Source: Candidatus Poribacteria bacterium
GTDB taxonomy: Bacteria; Poribacteria; WGA-4E; JAJDTR01
Length of the DNA: 64,000 bases
Assembly: GCA_965222225.1 (NCBI GenBank)
Contig: CBDCTK010000002.1
Location: 3,008,001 to 3,072,000 of the forward strand
Direction of reading: 5' to 3'
Positions 29,789 through 40,519 of this stretch are shown here, in pieces. Positions within the stretch are counted from its first letter, which is position 1. Each line of letters starts with the position of its first letter. The notes under the pieces are model-generated. The model did no database searches. It was not told the DNA's origin and saw only the letters and a program-made list of their open reading frames with translations. Both the position numbers and the translations under genes were made by a program.

Positions 29789-30737
29789 GAGCCTGTTTGA
29801 AAAGTCCCAAACCGTCTTAGAAAAGGGCTATTTTGGGATAAATGCCTTGAGAGCCTATTTGAAAAAGAAAAAAGTTATCTGAACGGTTGATGTTTACGTT
29901 TACTCATTGGAGCAGTTAAATCTGAACCAGTGAAAGGAGTAAACATGAACCGCAAGCGTTATCCCAGTGATTTGACCGATGCACAATGGGAGAAACTGTC
30001 CTCGTTGCTGCCAGCCCCTCAACCCTTAGGCAGACCTCTAAAATGGGAGATGTGCTTAATCATCAATGCTATCTTTTATGTCGTCAAGTCTGGTTGCCAG
30101 TGGCGAATGCTACTCCATGATATGCCACCGTGGCAAACTGTCTATTACCATTTCAGAAAGTGGCAAGCCGATGACACATGGCTCTTGATTCATCAGGCAC
30201 TTCGCGAACAAACACGTTGTGATGATCGCAAACAACCATCGCCGACAGCAGCTATCATTGAGAGCCAATCCGTTAAGATGACGGAACTGGCGGAGACGAG
30301 CGGATTTGATGGTCACAAGAGGGTCAAAGGACGCAAACGCCATCTGGTAACGGATACGACGGGTATTCCATTGATGGTTAAAGTCACTGATGCCAATGTC
30401 AGTGACAATCAGATAGCTATTGATTTACTAACAGAGGTGTTTAACTGGTACATAACAATTCAGTTGGTGTGCGCCGATGCCGCCTATCGCGGAGAATTAG
30501 AAGACTGGTTATATTTCGCTCATCAGTGTCAACTGGAGATTGCATCTACACTAGGGCAGCAGGGGTTTGAAGTTGTCCCGTTACGATGGATTGTCGAGCG
30601 CACATTTTCTTGGCTTGGTTGGTTTCGCCGATTGACTTTGGATTATGAACGCTATCCTAAGACTGCTGAAACTATGGTGTACATCGCCTCCATCTACTTG
30701 ATGCGAAACCGAATCAAATGACTTTTCAAGCAGGCTC
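29789..30737 (+). mobile_element. IS5-family insertion sequence
   Basis: TIRs GAGCCTGTTTGAAAAGTC / GACTTTTCAAGCAGGCTC, TA on both flanks. Confidence 0.9.
29945..30721 (+). CDS. IS5-family transposase
   Basis: YPSDLTDAQW, GCQWR.L..D.PPW.TVY, GRKRH, ADAAY, RWIVERTF.W; first catalytic D appears as E (IIESQS). Confidence 0.9.
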   Translation: MNRKRYPSDLTDAQWEKLSSLLPAPQPLGRPLKWEMCLIINAIFYVVKSGCQWRMLLHDMPPWQTVYYHFRKWQADDTWLLIHQALREQTRCDDRKQPSPTAAIIESQSVKMTELAETSGFDGHKRVKGRKRHLVTDTTGIPLMVKVTDANVSDNQIAIDLLTEVFNWYITIQLVCADAAYRGELEDWLYFAHQCQLEIASTLGQQGFEVVPLRWIVERTFSWLGWFRRLTLDYERYPKTAETMVYIASIYLMRNRIK

Positions 30738-32068
30738 TAAGGAGTAAATATGTCGGAAAAATCACATTACAATCGGGGCTCAGAATGGAGAAAATGGGAT
30801 TTGCAAATTCAGCCGATTAAGGATGCGTGGTTTTGTGATTTGGAAAACAAATGTGTTGAGATAAAAAATGCAACAGAAGAATATCTCAGAGTAGCTGTTG
30901 AAAAAGAAATCTCAGTTGTAGCAGTTACAGATCACAACTGCGGTTTAGCAATTGATGCGGCTTTAGAGATCATAGAGGCGGATATTCTTGATATAACGGT
31001 ATTGCCCGGCGTAGAGATTGATGTTCAAGTTGGATACCAGCTTATTGTTATTATCAATCCGACTTATAAGAAAAAAATTCAAAAGCAAACATGGAAAGAA
31101 ACAATTGAACACTTTTTGAATCATGTTTGTGAATTATCATCTCCTGTGATCAACGAACAAGGGCAAGCAGAATCAATCAACGGAGACATCCATAAAGTTT
31201 TAGAGAAAATTTGCAATGAAGACATTGGCTTACCTTTATTTGCTCATTGTCAGAGTGACAAAGGTTTATTCAATAAAACAAAAGGTGCAATAAGAAGAAA
31301 ATACTTCACAAATTCTCTAGAGGGTAAATACTATTTTGTTCTTGATCATAAATCTGATGCGAATATTACGAAAACGAAAGAAACTATAGAGCATTGGAGT
31401 GTTGATGTAAATAAATTTGCTTACATAAGAACTTCGGACGCTCATCAAGCTTCTGCCGTTGGCGATAGATTTTCATGGATCAAGGCAGACCCGACATACA
31501 ACGGACTAAAACAAATTATTTACGAACCAGTCGAAAGAGTCAACAATCAGGCAGATAATCCATCTTTTGAATACAACAAGCCATATTTTACACAAGTTGA
31601 TATTGAAGCCAAAACAGCAATTTTCGACGAGGACAAAGATCAGGTTTATTTCTGTAAAAAAACACTACCACTTAACAAAAATCTAGTAGCGATGATTGGC
31701 GGTAGAGGAACAGGTAAAAGTATGCTTGTCGATTATTGGGCGAGCATTTTTACAAATAATGTCCCTAATGGACGATATTCTTCGGATGGTAATTTTTCTG
31801 TAGAATATGCCAAAGATAATATAATGGAACCAACAACGGAAACATACAACGGTGATAACACAAACTATCTTGATTTTATTTACATTCCACAAACTCAACT
31901 AAAAGAGATATCAAGCAAAGAAAGGATCGAACAAGAAGTTAAGAAATTGCTGGATTTGGAAATTTGTATTTTTCACAAGACTTAAATGATGAAATACAGA
32001 ATGTGCTTGAAAACATAGACAAACTACAAAATTGGTTTGTGGAGGAAGATGAAGAAGGATGTCAACTT

Positions 32069-33112
32069 TAGGAGTTACGCAGTTGGCTGAAGCGTATAAA
32101 GAGGTTGTGCCAAATAAGCCCGTACCGCATCTCTGACAATAGAGAGTTTTGCATCAAACCAACTGATACCGGTATGATAGCAATAGTGCTCAATTCTCAG
32201 AAAGGCTCTCAGCGCTAAACCGATATGATTTCTTTGAGTGCGAGCAGAGCGCACTTGTGCGCGTTCAATGCCAACAAATTGCTTAATCCCGCGATGATAT
32301 TCTTCTATTGTCCAAGACCATTCGGCATATTTGAGACGCGTCAATTCGTCCATCTGTAAATCATTCGTTGCCCAATATTCAATGTCACCTTCTGGAGTGT
32401 CAACCTTAAATACTCGAATCAATCCATAGCCTTTGAGATGGACAATTGTACCTGTTGATTCACTCGGAAGCGTACTCACCGGACGGTTACCGGAATAATC
32501 TTTACTGACAAGTCGGTTGGCAGCTAGACGAGTAAGCCACTTCCAACCATGACCTCGCACCGCTTTTAGATTCTTTAGACTGGCATACCAACTATCAAAA
32601 CACACACATTCAGGAGCAAAACCGCGTGTTTTCGCTTCTTCAAGCATGGCGCGGAAATGCTCATTCTTCGTCAAGCCGTCTTTGGCTTTATCATAGATTC
32701 GATAATCACACGGAATATGTCTATCGCCATCCGTCCAGAGCAAAGTGACCAAGTTAATCCCATTCACAACTCGGTGGTGTTTCCCTGACCAGTGTTTTGT
32801 CACGAGTTCAATCTTTTGTGAATAAGGTTTATCCAGAGTCGAGTCATCTATAACTAAAATTCCGGATTCTAATTTCACCTGATTTCTCGATTCTTGCCAC
32901 AGTTTGCCAGTATCGGGTTCCTCTCGATGCAAGAGCCGTGTTATCGAATCGTGAGCCGGAGGATTATCAGCTTGGGGTTGAACTTTTTCCGATTCAAGAC
33001 AACTGTAACTTTTCTGAGCGGCTACCAAGAAATCAATATAGTCAGTGTCAGTATATTTAGGGGGATTCATACTCAAATTATAACCTATTTTCACTCAACT
33101 GCGTAACTCCTA
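32069..33112 (-). mobile_element. IS701-family insertion sequence with 5 bp TSD AACTT
   Basis: TIR TAGGAGTTACGCAGTTG at both ends; AACTT at 32064-32068 and 33113-33117. Confidence 0.92.
32075..33094 (-). CDS. IS701-family transposase
   Basis: IDDSTLDKPY, FDSWY, WTIEEYHRGIKQ DDE motifs. Confidence 0.92.
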   Translation of the reverse strand: MKIGYNLSMNPPKYTDTDYIDFLVAAQKSYSCLESEKVQPQADNPPAHDSITRLLHREEPDTGKLWQESRNQVKLESGILVIDDSTLDKPYSQKIELVTKHWSGKHHRVVNGINLVTLLWTDGDRHIPCDYRIYDKAKDGLTKNEHFRAMLEEAKTRGFAPECVCFDSWYASLKNLKAVRGHGWKWLTRLAANRLVSKDYSGNRPVSTLPSESTGTIVHLKGYGLIRVFKVDTPEGDIEYWATNDLQMDELTRLKYAEWSWTIEEYHRGIKQFVGIERAQVRSARTQRNHIGLALRAFLRIEHYCYHTGISWFDAKLSIVRDAVRAYLAQPLYTLQPTA

Positions 33113-34867
33113 AACTTAATCAAAAAAGTTATGTTGCGTCACTGCGCACAGAGAGTGAAAAATTGTTGAACAGCATTACAACAAAAAATAACAAAGAAAA
33201 ACTTGAAAAATACACGGAAAATATTGGCGCCATACAGGATCTTAAGAATAACATCGAATATCTTGACGGGCTAAAGCAACAACTCCAGCAAACACAGGAA
33301 GAATTGAATCAGGGAATTGCTGAAATGAACGCAAGACTTCCTAAAAAAGATGGCTATAAAGATCTCGAAAAAGTAGATTTCAAGGTACAGCTAGATACTA
33401 TTTCTGAAAACAAGAAGACCGCAGAAACTCAAAAACAAACAAAGCAGGGTGAGAATGAAAAAATAAAGAAGGATTTTGAAGAAGAGGGCTTCACCGGTGA
33501 TCTATCCAGTCTTTTGAAAAATGCAGGCACATATCAATCCCAGATCAATTGGGCAGATAAACAACTGAAAGTAATTTCAAAAAAAGAGACGGAACTGTCT
33601 AAAGAGTTAAAAAAGAGAGATGAGCTGTCAACTAAGATTAAAACCGAGTACGAAAACCAAAAAGAAAAAATAGATCGAGCCTGGAAAAATATTCTAGAGA
33701 AACATGAGGGAGAGCATAAAGGTTTAATTGAAGAGATTTTACTTAGAGGAGGCAAAACATCCGTTGAAGGACAGATAGTTTTTGATGAAGGAATATTTTA
33801 CGAAAAAATATTGGAAATTGTTGACGGACGAAGCTACAAAAATGTTGCCGCTCTTAAAAGTCGATTGAAGATTTCAAACTTTGAAGACTGGATTAAATTT
33901 GTAAATGAAGACTTGAAAGAAATGATTGATGGCAAAGAATCCGATAGGTTTGACGGAATTAAAGATATAATTTTTGGAATTAAAAAACGCGGAGAGTATT
34001 TGAAAACATTACCAGAAATTTCATACGATGGACGAAGATTGAATCGTTTATCTGTAGGACAGAGAGGAACGGTTTTTTTGTGCTTAAAGCTTGCAACAGA
34101 TGCTTTTTCCAAGCCGATTATTTTTGATCAACCAGAAGATGACCTCGACAATAAATTCATCGTAAGTGAATTGATTGATATATTTAGAGAGCTGAAAAAA
34201 TATCGGCAAATAATTATTGTGACGCACAATGCAAACTTGGTTGTTAATGCCGATGCGGAACAAGTAATCATTGCAAGTAATTCTGATGAAGAATTGACCT
34301 ATGAATCCGGCTCTTTGGAGAACGAGACAATAATTGACGGTGTTTGCGAAATTTTGGAAGGTGGTGAAGAAGCATTTGAGAAACGAAAACACAAATACCA
34401 TTTTGCCTAACTAAAGGGAGTTCCACCTTGCGCGCGCACGGGAAGGTTGGGGCAAGCGCAATACGATTTGCCACCTCTCTCGCCGAAGCCACAGAGTGAA
34501 CACGAAGCAAGCACCGAGCAGGCATCGCAAACGGATGTGAGCGGACGCTCAAATTACCACCAAACGCGAGAGGAAGCGCCTCGGCCCGACGCGAACGACG
34601 GAAAAAGGGCGACTCTATGCCACCACAAATTCTATGCTTTACTTACTAGCCCTTTGGGCGGAGTGAAGCGGCAGAGCAAACCAAAAATTTCCTCTCCTCT
34701 TTCCGCCTTGCGGCCGGGGGTCTGGGGGGAACCGCACAAAAAATTGAAAGGAAAATTTTTTGGTTTGCCACGTGGAGCGCGCCCGAGGCGCGCAGTGTCA
34801 GTTGTTTTGTTCAAAATGGGTTTGCGCAAAGGTTAATATTTCACCGCCTTTAATATGCAGTAACGCC

Positions 34868-35143
34868 TTGGCTATGCTAAGTGGGGAGGTAGCGGTGCCC
34901 TGAACCTGCAAACCGCTTTAGCAGGACTGAAATCCTATTGAGCGGCGGATTACTTTTGGGGTCTGACCCAAGTAAGTGGTGTTGAAGATTGGGTCCTGAG
35001 CAACTCGAGCTTATCAAACTCCGTCAGGTCTGGAAGGAAGCAGCGGTAGATAGGTCTTCGAGTGTGACGCAGGGTAGCCTCATCGGAGCTAACTGCTCGG
35101 GTAACGCTTGGGAGGATCCGTCAACCTTTAGGTGCATAGCCAA
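34868..35143 (+). ncRNA. ffs: Large (Alu-domain) bacterial SRP RNA
   Basis: GGGGAGGTAGCGGTGCCCTG Alu start, TCAGGTCTGGAAGGAAGCAGC helix 8, terminal pairing TTGGCTATGC/GCATAGCCAA, upstream of dnaX. Confidence 0.92.
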
Positions 35144-35283
35144 GATTTTCGGGTGGGGTTGTGATTTGGGGATTCAGTATTGGCGTGGAGGAAGAAACTC
35201 GGTTTCGGCGTCAACGGCTCCACCCGAAATGAATTTCCAAACCGGCTCTAACATTCGTTCCAGCCCATGCCGAGAGAGAAGCC

Positions 35284-37080
35284 ATGTCCTATGAGGTTAT
35301 CGCGCAGAAATGGCGTCCCCAGTCCTTTCACCAAGTGATGGGGCAGGAGCACGTCATCAAAACGCTGCAAAACCAGATTCGCTTGAATCGAATCGGTCAT
35401 GCCTATCTCTTCTGGGGTCCGAGAGGCACCGGCAAAACGACGGTGGCTCGTCTTTTCGCAAAGACCGTAAATTGCGCAAAGCGCGATTCAGACGCGGAAT
35501 CCAACCCCGACAATCCGGTCGAACCCTGCAACGAATGCGAGTTATGCGCAGAGATTACGCAGGGCAGATCTTTTGATGTCATCGAGCTGGACGCCGCCTC
35601 CAACCGAGGGATTGATCCCATCCGCGAGTTGCGTGAGAACACAAAGCTCGTCCCCGCCGCGTGCTCCTTCAAAATCTACATTATCGATGAAGCGCACATG
35701 CTTACGCAGGAGGCGTTTAACGCTCTCCTGAAGACGCTTGAAGAACCGCCGCCCCACGTAATCTTCATCCTCGCGACCACCGAACACCACAAGATCCCCA
35801 AAACAATCGTATCTCGATGTCAAGACTTTGATTTCCGCTACATGGAGTTGAGTCAGATTATCGGTCGGCTCAAGTTAATCTCTGCCGAAGAAGAAATCGA
35901 TGTCGATGATCAGGCGTTGTCTTTGATTGCGCGTCAGTCGGAAGGCTGCCTGCGGGACGCCGAGAATGCGCTTGAGCGAATTATCTCGGCGACGGGCAAA
36001 ACGCTCAGTGTCGAAACGGTGAATCAGATTTTGGGGCTTGGTTCACGCCCGCTAATCAATAAACTCGTGAACGCGATATTGGACTGCAATCTGCCGGATT
36101 CCGTGAAAGTTCTCGCCAGTTTGACCAACCAAGGTGTGGATCTCACTCAGTGTCTCCATCAACTTATCGCCTACTTCAGGAATTTGCGACTTCTCGCGAT
36201 TAACACGGATATGGCGGATTTGATTCAGGGCTCGCAATCGGATGTACAGGGATTGAAGGAGAGAGTGGCTGACATTTCCGTGGAGCGCTTGTCGAGGATT
36301 ATTAAGATTTTGATGCGGGCAAACAGCGAAATCAAGCAGTACGGCTACGCTCAGATTCAGCTTGAATCGAGCCTTGTCGAGATTAACTCGATTCGTGAGG
36401 GTATCCAACTCAGCGAGGTTTTGAAAAGGCTGGGGGAAATAGAAAACAGGATTGACCGCCGTCAAAACGATTCGACTCCAGTTCAGACGGATTTCTCGCC
36501 TTCAAACACAGGGGGATCGACGAAGCCACCGATTGACCCGTTGCCGACCGGACCACGAAAGCTGATTGCCGAAACTCCGCCACCCAAAACCGATACGGTT
36601 CCGGCTACTTCCAATGCCGCATCCTCGAACGCCGCTGGCGAGGCGGATTCTGGAACAGCGGGGGAAGGCAGCCGGGCCGTAACTCGGAATTCCGCTGAAA
36701 TCAAACAGATTTGGGAGAAGGCATTGGAGACTTGGAGAACGGGTCAAAAGGTATTGTACGGATTTCTCAAGGACGCCACTCTTTCAACGAATGAAGAGGG
36801 AGGCATGGAAATAGCCTGCGCCCCTCTCCAGATCGCGATCTTGGAACGGAACAGGAAGAAGATTGTAGGGACTCTCGAATCTTTGATTGGGCATCGCGTC
36901 GAGGTCGGTTTTGTGCCGGGGCGCAACACCACCGAGACAAATAGAACCCAATCGACGAAGGATGATGGAGAACGAACACCGACGCCGCTTGCCCTGCAAC
37001 GCGAAGCGCAGCAGGATCCGCAACTTTCGCCGGTGCTTGAGCTTTTTGACGCGAAGATTCTGAAAATCGATTTGAAGTAA
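35284..37080 (+). CDS. dnaX: DNA polymerase III gamma/tau
   Basis: KWRPQSF, GPRGTGKT, DAASNRG, IIDEAHML, LKTLEEPP, SRC. Confidence 0.97.
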   Translation: MSYEVIAQKWRPQSFHQVMGQEHVIKTLQNQIRLNRIGHAYLFWGPRGTGKTTVARLFAKTVNCAKRDSDAESNPDNPVEPCNECELCAEITQGRSFDVIELDAASNRGIDPIRELRENTKLVPAACSFKIYIIDEAHMLTQEAFNALLKTLEEPPPHVIFILATTEHHKIPKTIVSRCQDFDFRYMELSQIIGRLKLISAEEEIDVDDQALSLIARQSEGCLRDAENALERIISATGKTLSVETVNQILGLGSRPLINKLVNAILDCNLPDSVKVLASLTNQGVDLTQCLHQLIAYFRNLRLLAINTDMADLIQGSQSDVQGLKERVADISVERLSRIIKILMRANSEIKQYGYAQIQLESSLVEINSIREGIQLSEVLKRLGEIENRIDRRQNDSTPVQTDFSPSNTGGSTKPPIDPLPTGPRKLIAETPPPKTDTVPATSNAASSNAAGEADSGTAGEGSRAVTRNSAEIKQIWEKALETWRTGQKVLYGFLKDATLSTNEEGGMEIACAPLQIAILERNRKKIVGTLESLIGHRVEVGFVPGRNTTETNRTQSTKDDGERTPTPLALQREAQQDPQLSPVLELFDAKILKIDLK

Positions 37081-37151
37081 TACTTAATTCTATGGAAGGA
37101 GACGCGGTGCGCTTTCCCGAACACATCGGAGCGTAGTCGCCACTATTTTTT

Positions 37152-37460
37152 ATGAAGATTAACAACTTGGTAAAACAGGCGCAGCAGATGCAACAGCGCA
37201 TGATAGAACTTCAAGAGGAGCTTGCCAATCAAACGGTAGAAGCGACCGTTGGCGGGGGTATGGTAACTGCCGTCGCCAACGGTCAGCAGGAGTTGATATC
37301 ACTGGATATTTCTCCCGAAGTCGTAGATCCGGATGATGTTGAAATGTTGGAGGATCTTATCGTTGCCGCCGTCAATGAGGCACGCCAACGAGCGCACGAA
37401 CTGATGGCGCAGGAGATGGATAAACTCACCGGCGGCGTTAAACTCCCCGGACTACCGTAG
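37152..37460 (+). CDS. ybaB: YbaB/EbfC nucleoid-associated protein
   Basis: [28 protein letters not shown]; synteny with dnaX and recR. Confidence 0.96.
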   Translation: MKINNLVKQAQQMQQRMIELQEELANQTVEATVGGGMVTAVANGQQELISLDISPEVVDPDDVEMLEDLIVAAVNEARQRAHELMAQEMDKLTGGVKLPGLP

Positions 37461-37484
37461 CGCTAACTATTCTCGTCTACCTAA

Positions 37485-38090
37485 ATGCATTATCATCCGA
37501 AACCGCTGGCAGACTTAATACGCGAACTGCAAAAGTTGCCGTCAGTTGGGCCAAAAACGGCGCAACGGCTGGCATTCTACATGTTAAAAGCGCCTTCGGA
37601 AGACACCGCGCGGCTCGCGACGGCTATTTCCGAGGTAAAGACTCGTCTTTTCAGTTGCGGCATTTGCGGCAATATCACAGATTGCGAGCCTTGCCATATA
37701 TGCGCCAATCCGGAACGGGATCACCAAGTCATTTGCGTCATTGAGGAACCCGACGATCTATTGGCAATAGAACGAACCAATGGATACAAGGGCGTGTACC
37801 ACGTGTTAATGGGAGTTATTTCCCCGTTGGACGGCGTAGGTCCAAAGGATCTTCAAATCGGTTCACTGCTTGAGCGCATTGAAAGCCAAAACATCAAGGA
37901 AGTGATCCTCGCGACGAATTACACGACCGAAGGGCAGGCGACATCGCTGTATTTGACCAAGCGCCTGTCGAATTTTGAATTGGCAATCACCCGAATCTCG
38001 TACGGAATTCCCGTTGGCGGCGATCTTGAATACATCGACGAATTAACGCTCGCCAAGGCACTTGAGGGACGACGTAGGATAGATGTTTGA
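37485..38090 (+). CDS. recR: Recombination protein RecR
   Basis: LPSVGPKTAQRLA, C4 zinc finger, Toprim domain, GIPVGGDLEYID. Confidence 0.97.
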   Translation: MHYHPKPLADLIRELQKLPSVGPKTAQRLAFYMLKAPSEDTARLATAISEVKTRLFSCGICGNITDCEPCHICANPERDHQVICVIEEPDDLLAIERTNGYKGVYHVLMGVISPLDGVGPKDLQIGSLLERIESQNIKEVILATNYTTEGQATSLYLTKRLSNFELAITRISYGIPVGGDLEYIDELTLAKALEGRRRIDV

Positions 38091-38291
38091 CGGGCATTGC
38101 GGGACACAAGGAGTAGCGCTTGGGTTGCATAGCGCAGTGGATTTGTCAATCCACTGCGAGCGGCGGTTGACTCAGATTGTCTCGGTTAGCGGTGTTTTGT
38201 GTTAGCGTGTCGGACTAGAGGTCCGAACTGCCGACGATACGGCTTTCAATCCGTCCTTAACTGATACAGGGAGTTTCTCAAAGTAATCACG

Positions 38292-40184
38292 ATGAACACT
38301 TACCAGAAATCTTATGATGTCATCGTCGTCGGCGCGGGGCATGCCGGGTGTGAAGCGGCGCTCGCCGCCGCCCGAATGGGTTGTGAGACGCTGATTGTCA
38401 CTATCAATCCCGATACTATCGCGAAGATGTCCTGCAACCCGGCTATCGGCGGGCTTGCAAAGGGACACCTTGTCAAGGAGATCGACGCGCTCGGCGGGGA
38501 GATGGCTAAAAATATCGATAAGACAGGTATCCAATTTCGCCGCCTGAATACAAAGAAGGGACCTGCCGTGCGTTCAAGCCGCGCTCAAGCAGACAAGAAA
38601 GCGTATCAGGATGAAATGAAGCGCGTCCTTGAGAGCCAGCCGCATCTTGATATCAAACAGGTTTTGGTCGATGAGCTGCTAACCAAAGACGGCACGTGTA
38701 TCGGCATACTCAGTCAAACCAGAACCGCCTATCTTGGCAAAACAGTCATCCTCACTACGGGCACTTTCCTTAAGGGATTAATCCACCTCGGTGACGTGTC
38801 TTACAGCGCGGGAAGGGCGGGTGAATCGTCGGCAGAAAAGTTGTCGGAGAGTTTCCTGAGTCTCGGTTTTGAGATTGGTCGGCTCAAAACGGGAACGCCG
38901 CCACGGGTAAAAGCCCAAACGGTGAACTTCGATGTGATGGAGATTCAACCGGGAGATCGGCATCCACTACCGTTTTCGTTCTCAACCGAGAAGATTACCC
39001 AGCAGCAGATGCCGTGCCATCTAACCTATACGAATGAAAAAACGCATGAGATTATTAGAAACAACTTGCATCGATCGGCAATGTACAGCGGGCGGATTAA
39101 GGGTATAGGGCCGCGCTATTGCCCGTCGATTGAGGACAAAGTGGTGCGGTTTGCCGACAAAGACCGCCATCAGGTTTTCGTGGAGCCGGAAGGAAGAGAT
39201 ACCGACGAGATATACCTTAACGGCATCTCCGCATGCCTCCCCGAAGATGTGCAGGTCGATATGGTGCACAGTATTCGAGGCTTGGAAGATGCCGAGATTG
39301 TCCGGTTCGGATACGCTGTCGAATACGATTTCGCGCCCGCAACCCAACTTCAACCGACGCTCGAGACGAAGCGCGTCGAGAACCTGTATTTCGCCGGACA
39401 ACTGAATGGCACTACCGGCTACGAGGAAGCGGCGGCGCAGGGGCTAATGGCAGGGATTAACGCGGCGTTGAAGGTACGCGGCGATGGACCGCTGGTTCTC
39501 GACAGGTCCCAAGCGTATACCGGTGTGCTGATTGATGACTTGGTCACGATGGACATCCGTGAACCCTACCGCGTGTTTACGTCTCGGGCGGAGTACCGCT
39601 TGGAATTGCGCGAGGATAATGCGGATCTGCGCTTGACAGAGATTGGCAGCCAACTCGGGTTGGTGGACGACGAAGCCTATCAGCGTTTCCAAACCAAGCG
39701 TGAACTCATCAAAGAAGAGCTTGCACGCCTGAGCCAAACGATTGTCAAGCCGACTCCCGACACGCTAGCGCGATTGGAGGAGGCAGGCATCATGCAATTC
39801 GACAAACCGACATCGTTGATGGATTTATTGAAACGCCCCGAGATCGGATATCGACAGATTAAACAGCTCTCACCACCGCCTCGCGAGTTACCCGGCGCCG
39901 TCGAGGAGCAATCCGAGATTCAGATTAAGTATGAAGGGTACATTCGGCGTCAAGTGGTTCAAATCGGGCAATTCAAGAAGTTGGAGAATTTCCGTATCCC
40001 GGATGATTTTGACTATGAAAACGCTCGCGGCTTGAAGACCGAAGCTCAAGAGAAACTCGCAAAGATTCGTCCGACATCGGTTGGTCAGGCATCGCGGATC
40101 CCGGGCGTGACCCCTGCGGACATTTCAATCTTGATGGTCTTGATTCATCAGAAAAACCGGGGTGAGTTACGGGCTGCCAGTTAA
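38292..40184 (+). CDS. mnmG: tRNA uridine 5-carboxymethylaminomethyl modification enzyme
   Basis: GAGHAG, MSCNPAIGG, RLKTGTPPR, GPRYCPSIEDK, FTSRAEYRL. Confidence 0.98.
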   Translation: MNTYQKSYDVIVVGAGHAGCEAALAAARMGCETLIVTINPDTIAKMSCNPAIGGLAKGHLVKEIDALGGEMAKNIDKTGIQFRRLNTKKGPAVRSSRAQADKKAYQDEMKRVLESQPHLDIKQVLVDELLTKDGTCIGILSQTRTAYLGKTVILTTGTFLKGLIHLGDVSYSAGRAGESSAEKLSESFLSLGFEIGRLKTGTPPRVKAQTVNFDVMEIQPGDRHPLPFSFSTEKITQQQMPCHLTYTNEKTHEIIRNNLHRSAMYSGRIKGIGPRYCPSIEDKVVRFADKDRHQVFVEPEGRDTDEIYLNGISACLPEDVQVDMVHSIRGLEDAEIVRFGYAVEYDFAPATQLQPTLETKRVENLYFAGQLNGTTGYEEAAAQGLMAGINAALKVRGDGPLVLDRSQAYTGVLIDDLVTMDIREPYRVFTSRAEYRLELREDNADLRLTEIGSQLGLVDDEAYQRFQTKRELIKEELARLSQTIVKPTPDTLARLEEAGIMQFDKPTSLMDLLKRPEIGYRQIKQLSPPPRELPGAVEEQSEIQIKYEGYIRRQVVQIGQFKKLENFRIPDDFDYENARGLKTEAQEKLAKIRPTSVGQASRIPGVTPADISILMVLIHQKNRGELRAAS

Positions 40185-40519
40185 AGGTCAGGTAGAATCC
40201 GAGATCTTTGAATCGAAGGTGGAATCGCCTCGTTGGATCGGTAGTTGATGAGTATCTTCGTGTAAACATTCCGTCTTATGGCGGAAGGGTTTTTGCCATC
40301 TGTTATAGAATTTGCGAAGCGTCAAGGGGTTGCGATGCGGAGGAAATCACTATCAGGATCTACTATCGCACTCCTTGTCCAGTCGTTTGATCGCTCCTTA
40401 TTCAGTCGCTTGATCCTACAGCGAGCACCAAGAGGTCGCGATTCGGAGATCGCTCCTACCGGCAACTTCTTTAGAGAATTGCTATCGCGTTCCCTAACCG
40501 GTCACTTGATTGTTTAACT

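Larger units (their letters stand above)
30750..34410 (+). pseudogene. PHP-domain plus ABC-type ATPase (Ppl/TrlF-like), interrupted by a frameshift (~31960) and IS701
   Basis: GSEWRKWDL, VTDHN, PGVE, SDAH, Walker A GGRGTGKS; C-half LSVGQRG, DQPEDDLD, VTHN; halves rejoin in frame when the IS is removed. Confidence 0.85.
29020..34840. mobile_element. Degenerate AT-rich genomic island at tRNA-Ser
   Basis: Visibly lower GC than flanks; recombinase, HTH and methyltransferase remnants, two IS, defence-type ATPase; lies between tRNA-Ser and SRP RNA. Confidence 0.75.

Noticed and set aside
34836-34866. attR copy of the tRNA-Ser 3' end
   Set aside because: Only a 5 bp CCGCC match; not distinguishable from chance.
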